Origin: Blastocladiella emersonii ATCC 22665
Lineage: Eukaryota; Fungi; Blastocladiomycota
Direction of reading: 5' to 3'
Assembly (NCBI GenBank): GCA_025594325.1
Contig: JANHCV010000006.1
Span: 1,426,001-1,490,000, forward strand
DNA length: 64,000 bases
Positions 1 through 11,371 of this stretch are shown here, piece by piece. Numbering within the stretch: the stretch's first letter is position 1; every line of letters begins with the position of its first letter. The position numbers were made by a program, and so were the translations under genes. The notes under the pieces are model-generated. The model was not told the DNA's origin and ran no database searches. It was given only the letters and a program-made list of their open reading frames with translations.

Positions 1-194
1 GTCAACCGCGTCTAAGCGCGGCCACGCCTCCCCGCCCCACTCTTGCCCACCACGCGGCTCTCCTCCGTTTTGTTCGATGGCGTCGTGTGTGTGTCCCGTC
101 TGTAGCAAATTTCCCCCCTTGATTCCAATGTCATGCCACGTCCATTCAGCTTGCCCTGTCGACCGCCCTGAGGAACTGATCACGTTGCCACGCG

Positions 195-220
195 CGACGC
201 GTCGACGCGTCGACGCGTCG
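195..220. repeat. 26-bp perfect palindrome CGACGCGTCGACGCGTCGACGCGTCG with three ACGCGT hexamers
   Basis: Seen directly about 90 bp upstream of the ATG at 310; ACGCGT at 197, 205 and 213. A regulatory role is unproven. Confidence 0.7.
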
Positions 221-309
221 ACTCGTCGCGTGTCTCGCACCTCGCCACCCACACGCGCTTCTTCGCTGACGTGCCTCGCTTCTTCTCCTGCCCCCGACAC
301 CTGTAAACC

Positions 310-2405
310 ATGAAGCAACCACCACGAGCGCCGCGCTCTCAATGCACCTCGCCCGCATGGGCGTTCGCCCTCGCTGTCCTCCTCGCGCTCGCCGCGCTCC
401 CTTTGCTGATCCGCGCCGCGGACCCGCTGCCGCCATGGCGCCTGTACAACGTCTTCTTCCGGGACATGCCGCAGCTGCACCCGGACTTTGAGGCGCCCTA
501 CGCGGCCGACTACCAGCAGACGGGGATGCTGGACACGCGCGTCAACGGCGACAGCCGGCCCGTGTTCGTGCTCCCCGCAAAGCGGACCTCGCGGCAGCTG
601 GCGAGCCAGTGGATCGATTATGGGAATACCTCGCGGCCCGTGTACAATTACTCGACCAACGTCGCGATCGCGAACCAGGGGCACTTTTTTTTTGACGAGT
701 ACTACACGTACGTCTCTCGACGCGTCGCGGGTTGTGCGATGGCCGCTTCTGACCTGTTTTCGTAGAGACGTGCCGGGCGTCAACATCGCCTTCAACGCGA
801 CGCTCAACTTCACGCTCGACGACCCGGTCCGCGCGACTTACCTGTGGAACAAGACGTCGTTCTTCCCGCTCGACGGCCTCGGGTACGGCGTGCGCGAGGG
901 GTACACGGTCACGGACCCCGGGCTGCCCGCGCAGTACCGCGACGGTATCGCGCGCAACTTTTGGTACACGTACGGCCGACTCGTTCATCATTGGGTACTG
1001 GACGCGTGGGCTGACGCGACGCGCGACTCGGGTAGAACCGAGATGCAGATGACTTTCTACTACCGCGGCGGCGAGATCTTCACCTTCTTTGGCGATGACG
1101 ATCTCTGGTACGCTTTTCGTGTGAGTGACGCATTGGTGGCCGCTAACTGCTGCCGCGGCCAGGGTCTTCATCGACGGCAACCTGACGACGTGCGACGTGG
1201 GCGGGATCCACGCGTCGCGCGCGTGCACCGTCGACCTCGACCGGCTCTCGCTGCCGCTCAACACGACGCACAGCATGGCCGTCTTCCGTACGCCGCGGCC
1301 ACGCGCTTCCCACACGACACACACTAACTTTCCCCCTTCGGTAGACGCGGAGCGCCACACCGACGCCTCCTCGTTCGCCGTGACCACGTCCGTGAAACCC
1401 ATCAACCGTGCGCCGTCCGTGAACCCCCTGTCGGTCACGGCGCGCGCGGGGCAGAACCTGACCATCACGCTGCAGGGGTACGACCAGGACAACGACGCGC
1501 TGAGCTACTCGGTCGTGACGCCGCCGTCGCGCGGCTCGGTGCTGCCGCTGCGCGTCGAGCCGGGGAAACCGCCGACCGTCACGTACCTGGCGTCGGGCGA
1601 CGATAGCGGGACCGACTCGTTCACGTACCTCGCCAACGACGGGCAGGTCAACTCGACGGCGGTCGCGGTCAATGTGACGGTGCTGGCCAAGCGTCGTACG
1701 TTTACCTCTCGATCATCGTGACCGCGCTCAACACTGAAGCGTGGCGCGTGGTGTAGGCCCGCCGGCGCCGCGCAACATCGCAATCAACCTGACGGTCGGC
1801 GACACGATGTGGCTGCCGCTGACGGCGGACGTGTCGGACATAGCGGCGACGGACCTCAAGTGGTTCATCACGGCGAACCCCAAGTTCGGGTACGCGAGCC
1901 TGATCGCCGAGAACGCGACCATCAAGTACCAGGCCATCAACGCGGGCAACGAGAGCTTCCCGTTCGTGGCCACGGACCCGGACAATCTGTCGGGGTCGGC
2001 GCTGGTCGCGGGGACCATCTACGGTACGAGTTTTCGAGAGTGAGGGATGTGATGGTCGGACTGATGGCGCGAGCGTTCGTGTAGCTGTCCCTGTCATCGT
2101 CCCCGTGGGCCTGCCGCCGGGCGTCGTCGCGGGCATCGTGCTCGGGTCCGTGGGCGCGGCCGCGCTGCTCGGGACGGGCGCCGCCTACGTCTTCTACAAC
2201 CGATACATGTCGGCCAAGTTCGCGGCCACGGTACGGATCGTTTGCGGTCGCTGCAGTCCCGATCCTCGCTCACTGTGTGATCTCTCGCGTGGCGTGTGTG
2301 TAGTGGCAGGAGGAGTGGATGAAGAGCAACATCAACGAGAACCCGCTGTTCGTGTCCAACTTCCGCGAGCAGTTCAACCCGCTGTACAACTCGAACGCGG
2401 GGTGA
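310..2405 (+). CDS. Fibro-slime/PA14-domain cell-surface protein with two Ig/cadherin-like repeats, one TM helix and an integrin-beta-like tail (554 aa, 8 exons)
   Basis: Introns 708-765, 970-1035, 1108-1162, 1288-1344, 1696-1756, 2024-2084 and 2231-2303 (all GT..AG) give one open frame. Signal peptide AWAFALAVLLALAALPLLIRA; fibro-slime motifs HPDFE, NFWYTTEMQMTF, GDDDLWVFIDG, GGIH, FHAERHT; Ig-like GYDQDNDALSYSVV...DSFTYLANDG; TM GVVAGIVLGSVGAAALLGTGAAYVF; tail ENPLF...NPLY. Confidence 0.88.
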
Positions 2406-2925
2406 TCCTCGTCGGACATCACACACATAATAGACTGACTGAAGCTTGCACGCGTCGCTCATCCGCCACCGCCACTGGGATCACGCCAGCCAACAACCCG
2501 ACCACCCCTGAACCCGTCCCGTCGTGTTTGTCGATCCCACGCTTCCACGGCGGCGAGGTCGGCTGCAGCATGACGCGACACCTAGAGACCCAATCGGGTG
2601 GCGCGGTGCGCGAAATTAGGGTCGCAGGAGGTCGCATGCGCGCGCGCGGGGCACAGCGTGGGCCGCGACCACGCACCGACCACACGGAACGGGCCGCCGC
2701 CACAACATGCAACCTTGGCCCTCGATTCTCGGCGGCAGCCGACGCTCTCTCTCTCCCGCCCTCGAACAACCGTGAGCGGCAGCGGGCACCGGGCTACAGT
2801 CTCCCAACCTAGAGTAGACGACGGCGATCGCGATAGAGCGCAGGCGCCTCCGACCTCCCACCACCCGCGTCCGCGGCCTCGACCACCTTCCCCACCCGAC
2901 CTCGTTGTTGCAACTGCCGCAGACG

Positions 2926-5099
2926 ATGCCGTCCCGTCCACCCACCCGCGGCGCCGCCACGCCGCCGCCTCCGCACGGGCGCCGCCACTCGACGCGCCGC
3001 GGCTGCGCCACGCTCATCGTCCTCGTTCTGCTCTCCCTCTCTGCCGCCGCGACGCTGGCCGTCGCCTCGCCGGCCGGCCCGACGACCACGACCACCATCG
3101 CGTCCCCGTCGCTCACCCGGCGCCAGCAGCTCACGAACCTCGACCCTTCCATCCCGCCGCCGAAACCGACCATCATCACGCCGACCTGGAGGCCAGTTCC
3201 CGGCGGCGGGGGCGGGGGCGGTTCGCGTCCTCCTCCGCCGCCACCACCGCCCGCCCCTTCACCAACGCCGACACGGCGCAAGGACGAGGGCGACGTGCCG
3301 TTCGTCACGGACGGGCCGATCGGCGGGCAGCCGGCGCCCGTCGACCGCACGCCGACCGTGATCGGGAACATGGGGATCGCGACCAACACGAACCCGCCCC
3401 CGCCCCAGGTCAACTTTCTCAACCCGGGCGCGAGAGTCGCGAACCCGAACCCGAACGAGCGGCCGCCGCCCGACGAGCTTGTTATGCCCACCGTGTGGCC
3501 GACGCGTACGTTCTTGCATGGACTGCCGTGACCATCTTGATCTGAAACGCCTCGCGCCGCTGTCGTGTAGTCGCCGAGCCAACATGGCGCATCCGTGCGA
3601 CCACCTCGGCGCCGGCGCCCGCGACGTCGACGGGCTCGCCGCAGTCCAAAGCCCCCGGCCCGGACCCGAGCAACAACAACGGCGGCGGGCGCAGCCAGAT
3701 CGACGTGACCGTGAATCCGGACCCGGTGCCGACCGAGATCCCGCGCGCGCCCGCGAACGCGACGCCGCCGCCCAACTTCACGGGCGTGCTGATCGTGCCG
3801 CCGCTCGGCTTCCTCTCCACGTCCTCCGCGCCGCCGCTGCCGGGCGCCACGACGGCGACGGCGCAGTGGGTCGGCCCCGACGAGATCGGCCCGATGCCGT
3901 CCCCGCCGGTGTGCGGCGACGGGCGGTGCGATATCACCGAGGGGTGCGCGCGGTGCGCGCAGGACTGCTCGTTCTCCAACACGGTGGCCAAGCCCGCGCC
4001 CGGGTTCCTCGGCGACGTGTACAGCGGCGGCGCCAACGACCCGGTCTCGGTCCACTTGCACTGCAGTATGCCGCAGTTCACGCAGTTTTGTCCGTGGGCG
4101 CCCCCCGCTGCCGACGCGGCGGCCGTCAACGCGTCCGCGTCAACGACGACCACGCCGTCGGCGATGCTCATGGTCGCCGGCGACACGCACCCGAGCACCA
4201 ACCACACGCCGTTCCTGCTCGACGTGCTCGGCAAGCGCAGCGTGCGCGCGGCCGTGTTCCTGAACCCGGCGCGGCTCGTGCGGCCCGAGGCGTTCGAGGC
4301 CGAGCCCGGGGACGGCGGCGACGCGGTGGTGGACGCGCGCCGCGGCGAGTTGGCGGTGCAGACGCGCAAGCTCGTCAACGCCGTGTACGAGGCGGGACAC
4401 ACGGTCGGGCTGCTGGTCCCGACGCCCGGCCAGCCGTCGCTCGCGGCGCTCAGCTACCTGTTCCGCGTCCACTCGATGCTCCCGCGGTACCGCGCGTTGC
4501 CGGACTCGGACCGGCGCACGCTCGGCGAGGTCATGGACGCGGCGCGCGCGGGGGCCGATGCGCCGCCCAAGGAAGCGGCGGGTGCGGGCCCGGGTCCGCT
4601 GTACCTCGGCGCGTCGCCGCTGCTCGCGGCCAACACGACGGGCAGCGAGGCGTGGACGCGTCTGGTCCTCGCTCTCCGCGCGTCGGTCGTGGTCCCATCC
4701 ATTCTCCTCGGCGATGCGGACACGGTTGCGAACGAGAAGGACGCCGAGAACCGCCGGGTCGCGACGCGCCGGTTCATCCGCGGGCACACGGGGATCCACA
4801 ACGGCGTGCCCGGGTGGATCATCGGCGTCGACGCGGTGAATGCGGACTCGATCGCGCTCGTCGAGACGGCCATCGAGGCGATGGACCCGAAGGCCGCGAG
4901 GCTCGTCAACGCGTCGGCGTGTCTCGGGCGGTTGCTGAACGTCGCGCTCAACGAGTCCCTGTTCGACCAGGAGGGGCAGCGCGAGCTCGACTGGTTCAAC
5001 CCGCGGCGGGTGCCCGCGCGCGTCTATATGACGCCGCTGTGGAACGTGTCGCTCACGGCGCCCGCGGTCATGCGGGATGTCGGCGCGGGTGATGGGTGA
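2926..5099 (+). CDS. Secreted or anchored Pro/Thr-rich protein with a Cys-rich module and a degenerate NodB-type polysaccharide deacetylase domain (702 aa)
   Basis: Intron 3506-3570 joins ORF 2905 to ORF 3705 in frame. Hydrophobic N-terminal segment; CGDGRCDITEGCARCAQDC; HTPFLLDVLGKRSVRAAVFLN and VYEAGHTVG match the NodB LLDIL/ATFF/GHEIG pattern, but the catalytic residues are altered. Confidence 0.7.
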
Positions 5100-5399
5100 G
5101 GTGTACGATATATCCCAGTTTTGTTGCGAGCGACTTGCTTGGATCGGCGAGATTCGCGCACCTCAGCGTCGAGTACGGAAGGACCACCTGGAGGACCGCC
5201 GTGCGTTGCGGCACTCGCGCCGCAATCAAGAGGCGCAGCGAGAGCTGGTACAAGAGCGACGGCGGCGGGTAAGTCTGAGCCCTCGCTCTCTGGCACGGTC
5301 CTCCTCTCATACATGTATGGCGCTCGCGGCAGCGGTGATGAAGCGAGATGCACGCGAAAACTGACCCTCACCCCCACTTTCACAGCCCCCGACCTCACG

Positions 5400-5828
5400 A
5401 TGCGCGACTCTCTCTGCGGCGACTCTCCCCGCGCCCAAGTCAAGTTCTTCCTGCTGTTCGCGGCGCTGATGCAGGTGATCGTGGCCGCGGTGATCGGGTT
5501 CACGGCGACGACCAAGGTCGACGACGAGTCCAAGAAAAAGTCCGGCCAGCTTCTCGCACTCGTGTTCGCCGGTCTCGCGGCCTCGTTCCTGTACGGGTTC
5601 CTCTGCGTGGTCAAGAGCTGGTACCGCGGGTACTGGGTGTTCATCGCGCTGTACGCGGGCACGCTCGCGGGCGCCGTGTACGTGGCGCTCGACGCGCGCA
5701 CGGTGCCGACCATCTGCGGCGCGATCATCGCGGCGGCCTGGATGGTCAAGCTCGTTACGTTCGGGCGGGATATGGAGCGGATCGATAAGGAGTACGACGC
5801 GGCACGAGGGCAGGCTGCCGAGGCGTAG
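5400..5828 (+). CDS. Small four-TM membrane protein of unknown function (142 aa)
   Basis: ATG at 5400; GC3-rich codons like neighbouring genes; four hydrophobic segments and a charged C-terminus. Confidence 0.6.
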   Translation: MRDSLCGDSPRAQVKFFLLFAALMQVIVAAVIGFTATTKVDDESKKKSGQLLALVFAGLAASFLYGFLCVVKSWYRGYWVFIALYAGTLAGAVYVALDARTVPTICGAIIAAAWMVKLVTFGRDMERIDKEYDAARGQAAEA

Positions 5829-7347
5829 ACGCGAGGGTGGTTGACGTGTGCTTGAGAATTCACGCTGTTTGCATCAAGACATTGGGCTGGCTGCAGTGTG
5901 AGAAGAGGAGAGAGGGTGGGAGGAACGCGTCCGGGGGTTAGCTCCACTCCGGGCGCGCGCCGCGGAGCTCAGCGTGGCGCTCGCTGTGGCGCCGCTGGTG
6001 AAAATCTCAAACGCTTCATCCTCTCGCATCACCTCGCCGAGACCGCAGATCCCGCCGTCCCCAGCTTCCCACCCTCTCCCACACGCACCGTGTCGCGGCG
6101 CTTGCCGCATCGTTGTTCTGGTGCGCTCCCACCCTGCGCCACGGCCTCGGTTCCCGCGCGCCGCGTCGCGCGCCCCCTCCTTCTCGCCGCTGACTTGGCT
6201 CCAGATGGCGAACCAGCGGCCGGCCTCGCCCTCGCCGCGCGCGACCGCGCCGCCGATTGCTGCTCGAGGACAAGGGACTGCGCGCGATTCACACCGGGCG
6301 GCGCCCGTCATCATCAGCGGCGCTCGCGTGCGCCTGGACAGCGGGCGGCCGACGCGCACTCGGTTCCCACCCATCATCGCATCGGGGCGGGGCGGGCAGG
6401 GGCGCGCGCGTCAGAGGCGTGGGTGCGTGCCGCGCCGCCGCCGTGCCGCTGCTCCGTGATGACCCATTTGGAGCTTGCCCCCTTGATTGCCTGCCCGCTG
6501 CCTGCTTGCTTGCCGTTCCGGCCGCCCGCCCCGCCTGCCCGCGCGCCCGTTGCAGGTGCAGCTGACGCGACTCGCCCCGCCCGCCCTTCGCTCCACAAAC
6601 TCGCGCCGCCGCTGACCGAACCGCTCTCGCTCTCCTCCAGGACGCTCGTCTCGCAGCATCATCTATCCTCTCGCAGCGCGCGGTTCTCGGATCCTCCTCG
6701 CCTAGCGCCCGCATCTCTTACCCTCCTGTCGACGACGACGAGCGGCTGTGGCGCGTCGCCAACCTGTATCGTTACCCCCGCCCATCGTCTACCCGCGCAT
6801 CTCCTTCTCGTACGGATCTCGCGATACACGCCTGGCTGCGACGGCGACGGCGGCTGACAGTCGTCTACGCGCGCGGGTAGATCCTTTCGCGCCATCGCCG
6901 CGCTCGCCCGCCCTCCATCACCACCTCCACCGCGGACCCGAGGTGCGTCTCGCTCGCCTTGCGCCGTCCACGGCACGCTCAGGCCGGCCTGGGAGGCGTT
7001 CATTCGCATCGCAGGCCCGCCCAACGCGTACCGCTCGCCACGCGTCCGTGCAGATTGAGCTAACGAACGCATGCCCGCCGCCTTTCCTCCACTCCACTCC
7101 TCGCCCTGCGCCTCTGCCGCGCACCGGCACGTTCTGCGCGCTCGCACCCTCCCCGTCGTGCGTGACCGTGCTGTGCTGTTCCACTTGCACGCTCCGCGCC
7201 CCTGCCGTTGCTCTGCTCGCTCGCGACGCGTTTCGGTTGCGCCACCTCGCCGCGCCGCCGCCGCCCGCCTGACACGCGCCGGTCGCGCTGACTCCAACTC
7301 CATCTCCATCCCCACCACACGCGCGCTCACACAACAACCACACAGCC

Positions 7348-9856
7348 ATGGATCTCTATCACCACCACCACCACTACAACAACAACTACGCGCACCCGCT
7401 GCCGCTGCCGCCGCCGCCGCCGTCGCAGGACGACGACTCGCCCACACCCTCGCCGTCTCCGCCGCGCCCGCTCCTCCCGCCGCCCGTCGTCAACGGCAGC
7501 AAGCCCGCGCCCGTCCGCCTCCGTCTCCAGTCCACGCCCGTCACCTCGTCCTCCTCCTCGTCGTCGCCACCAACATCGCGCGGCGGCAACGGCGGAAGCG
7601 GTGTGCTCGCCTCGTCGTCGCTCGGCGAGCCCATCTCCACCTCGGCGCCGGCGGCACCCGCTCCGCCAGCGGTCCGCGAGCGCGCCAACTCCGCGCCGTC
7701 GGGCCCCTCCTCCTCGGCGTCGGTGGCGCGACGGAGCAAGGGCAACAAGGCCGCCGACCCCGTCGCTGAAGATGCCGCCGACCAGGACACCGACGCGCCC
7801 GCCGCCGTCGTGACCGTGCTCCCGTCGTACGAGGACATGATCGAGGCGGCGATCCTGGCGCTCGGCGAGAACGACCCGCACTCGCAGGGCCAGAAGCCCG
7901 CCGAGATCTTCTGGTACCTGCAGCGCAAGTACGCCGCGGTCCTGTCGCCGCAGTTCCGCGGGTCCGCGACCCAGGCGCTCAAAAAGGGCCTGCGCCGCGG
8001 CCGGTTCCTGCGCACCGACCGCCGGTACCGCGTCAACCCCGACTACGCCGGGCCGTGTGCCCGTGGGCGGTTTAAGCGGCTCGTCGATAACCGTGGGACG
8101 CTGCTCGCTGGTGCTGGCGCCGCGGCGGGGGCGGGCGAAGGTGAGGCTCTCGCTGTCGTCGCTGCTGCGGCTGCGGTTGCTGACCCGCCCCTCCCCGACA
8201 CGGTGCACACGGCCGAGGCCGTCGCCCGCGCCCGCCAGCAGTCGAACCCGCACCCGCCAGCCAAGTCCCGCCGCCGCCCCGGTCGGCCCAAGAACCCGCC
8301 GGGCGCGTCCGCCGTCGAGGCCCTCGCCGCGTCGACCGCTCCGACCGCCGTGCAGCTCCAGCAGTCGGTCGGCGCCGCCGACGCGGACCTGTTCTCGGAC
8401 GAGGCCCACGACGGTACGCTTTGATCCTCTGGTGACTTGTCCGCCAGTGTCTCACTTTTGGGGGAATGTAGACGAGGACGCCAACTCGCAGTACTGGACG
8501 CACGGCCCGCCGCCGCTGCCCGACTCGCTGCGGCCAAAGTCGCACGACAGCTTCCCGGGCTCGTGGGCCAGCGACCCGATCCCCGCGTCTCCGCCGCACC
8601 CGCTCGAGCCGCGCGCATACCCGTCGGCGGCGGCAACGTCGGGATCCGGCACCGTGCGCGGGCTCAAGAGCTACGGCGCGCGCGTCCGCGAGCTCGACAC
8701 GTTCCACATGCCGCACCCGCACCCGCACCACCACGGCGACGAGTACTGGCACCACCACCACGGCGACGAGTTCCCGCACCCGCCGCTGCGCGCCCACCAC
8801 GAACTCCACCACCACGCGCACCTCGAGCAGTACCGCCAGCAGCACCTCGACGCGCAACAGCAGGCGCAGCACCACCTGCCGTCCGCCCCGCCGTCGCAGT
8901 ACGCGTCGCCGCTCCCTGCGCCGCCCATCTCGTCGACGGCGTCCTCAGCGTGGTCGTCGCGCCCGTCGTCCGCCGGGTCCGCGTTCCCGCCGGCCCCGTC
9001 GACCGCGCACTCGTCGCCGTGGATGGCGTCGAGCGGCGTGGTCCTCCCGCTGCCGCCCATCCACCACCAACACCACCACGCCGGCAACGGCGGGGCGGGG
9101 GCGGATGTGACGGGCCCCATCACGCTGCCGACGCCCGCGTTCAGCCCGCGGTCGCCGCTGCGGCCCGGCACCGCGCCCGCGAGCGGCGATTCGGCGGGAT
9201 CGCGCACCTGGAAGCTCCCGCCGCCCGCGGACCTGTTCCGCCACCACCACCACGCGGGGCGGGGGATCGGCCTCGTCCGCGCGCAGTCGTCGCCGCCGCC
9301 CACGACCACCACCAAGGGTGCGGGCGACGAGGACGCGTCGGACCCGGGCACGCTGACGACGGTGACGACCACCACCACGACGACCACGACGACCAAGACC
9401 ACGGTGCTCCTGGGCCGCTCGACCACGGGGTACCCGGCGACCACCACCGTCGTGACGGCGCCCGGCGGCGGCACGCTACTGAGTTCCGGGATCGAGGCCG
9501 TCGCGTCGTCCTCGCCCGTTTTGGGCGGTAGTAGCGCGCGGTACCACCCGTACGCGGCCGTCGTGTCGGGCGACCCCGCCACCTCACCCGCCTCCTCGTC
9601 GGTGTCGGGATCCCGCCGCCGCGTCGGGCGCACCGCGGTCCGCGCGACCGCGCTCGCGTCGCTGCTCTCGTCGGCGCCCGTCTCGCCCGTCTCGCCGGCC
9701 TCGGCGCCCGGATCGCCCACGACGGCGCGGCCCGCGCACCCGCCCGCGTGGCCAGGGCAGGGTGAGCAGGCGGCGGTCGGGCTCGGGCTCACGCCTATCT
9801 CGAACCTCGAGGCCGCGGCCGTCATGACGCTGCTCAAGCTCGGCGGCATGGCGTAG
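7348..9856 (+). CDS. Linker-histone H15 (GH1) winged-helix domain protein with an AT-hook-like motif and long disordered tails (about 816 aa)
   Basis: LPSYEDMIEAAILAL...PAEIFWYLQRKY...FRGSATQALKKGLRRGRF is an H15-type pattern; RRRPGRPK is AT-hook-like. Intron 8414-8471 (alternative in-frame acceptor at 8447) joins to ORF 8057. Confidence 0.75.
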
Positions 9857-10027
9857 ACGGCGGCCGTCGGATCGTCGCGTTTTTGCTTTCTTTCTTTCTT
9901 TCATGTGTGCTCGTATCATCTCATCCCATTCCATTCCCTCCCTCGCCAGGCCCGAACAGCATCGCTTATCCCTTCCTCTTGTCGATATTATACCTCGATC
10001 CGTCCCCGCTTGTACATTTTTCAATTA

Positions 10028-11371
10028 TCACAGTTTGGCCTGCATCTCCATCTCCGTCCCTTGCATCTGCTGCTCCCTCCGCACCTCCTCCGCGACCGCG
10101 GCCACGAGCCCCTCGATCGCCGCCGTATCATTATACGTGTGCAAACAGACCCGAATCCGCTCCTCGCCCGCGGCGACCGTCGGGCTGCGGATCGGCAGCG
10201 TGTAGAAGCCTCGCGCGAGCAATGCACGCGCGACCCGCACCACCGCCGCGTTCCCCGGCACCAGGATCCCCTGGATGTGCGCGCCGCCCGGCACCAGCGG
10301 GAGCCACGGCGCCGTGCGGGCGACGGCCGACGTGAACGTCGCGGCGCGCGCGGCGAGGGTTGAGGCGAGGTGGGAGTGGTGGGTTGACAGGTGCGTGTAA
10401 GCCGCGTCGATGGCGGCGAGCGCCGAGGGGGGCATCATGGTCGAGTAGACCAGCGGGCGCGCGTAGTTGAGCAGGAACTCGCGGGTCTCGGGCGCGCAGA
10501 AGACGACGGCTACGGTGGAAGCGGGTTAGGACGTGTCATCGATGTGAACAACACCAGGCAACGTACCGCCGTGACACCCAATCGCCTTCCCGAACGTGTG
10601 CACACGAATCGGCACCTGGTCCTCGATCCCGAGCGCCGACACGAGCCCGGCGCCGTCAGGCCCGAGCACACCCGACGAGTGCGCCTCGTCGACGACCAGG
10701 TGCACGTCCCGGTCGCCGAGCGCCGCGAGCATCGCCGCCATCTCGGCCAGCGGCGCCGTGCTGCCGTCCATTGAGTACACGGCCTCGACCGCGACAAAGA
10801 TGGACCCTTGGACCCCCGCCGCGCGGATGCGGCCGATCGCGTCGCGCAGGCCGTTGACGTCGTTGTGCGGGAACGTGTGCACGGCGATCTCCCCGCCCTT
10901 CTTGGACTTCTTGGACGCGACGCGCCCGACGGCCAGCCGCACGCCGTCCCACACGCTCGCGTGGACGTGCGCGTCGAGCAGGACCGCGTCGCCCGGCGCA
11001 GGGAGGGTCGCCAGGATCAAGAGGTTCGCCGTGTACCCGGAGTTGCAGAGCAGCGCCGCGGGCGCGCCGTGGATCGCCGCCAGCTTCGTCTCGAGGTCCG
11101 CCGCCGCGCGCGAGTGCCCGCTCAGCAGCCGCGAGCCCGTGGATCCGTGGACGAGATCGGATTGGGAGGTGCGCAGGCGCGACTCGACGGCCGCGGCGAC
11201 GGCGGGCGACCTCGCCAGGCCCAGGTAGTCGTTGGATGCAAAGTCGTGCGACGCGGGGATGCCCAGCGCTGACACGTCCGTCAGCGTGCGCGCCAGGCCG
11301 CGCTGGCGCCGCGAGAGCATCGCGGACGCGATGCGGCGGGTCAGCTGCGAGTCGGTGGCGTCGGGGTTCAT
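10028..11371 (-). CDS. bioF: 8-amino-7-oxononanoate synthase (BioF), PLP-dependent, with C-terminal PTS1 (428 aa)
   Basis: DFASNDYLGL, STGSRLLSG, NSGYTANL, HASVWDG, EAVYSMDG, VDEAHS, HTFGKA (PLP lysine), YSTMMPP, IRSPTV. Intron 10510-10566. Ends in AKL. Confidence 0.95.

Noticed and set aside
2616-4061. Long antisense and off-frame ORFs throughout (also 16822-18612, 40015-41598, 51593-54055, 52374-54350)
   Set aside because: They shadow real GC3-rich genes, translate to Arg/Ala/Gly/Pro-rich text with no motifs, and are expected at this GC content.
10028-11371. Biotin biosynthetic gene cluster
   Set aside because: No bioA, bioD or bioB-like sequence in the window.
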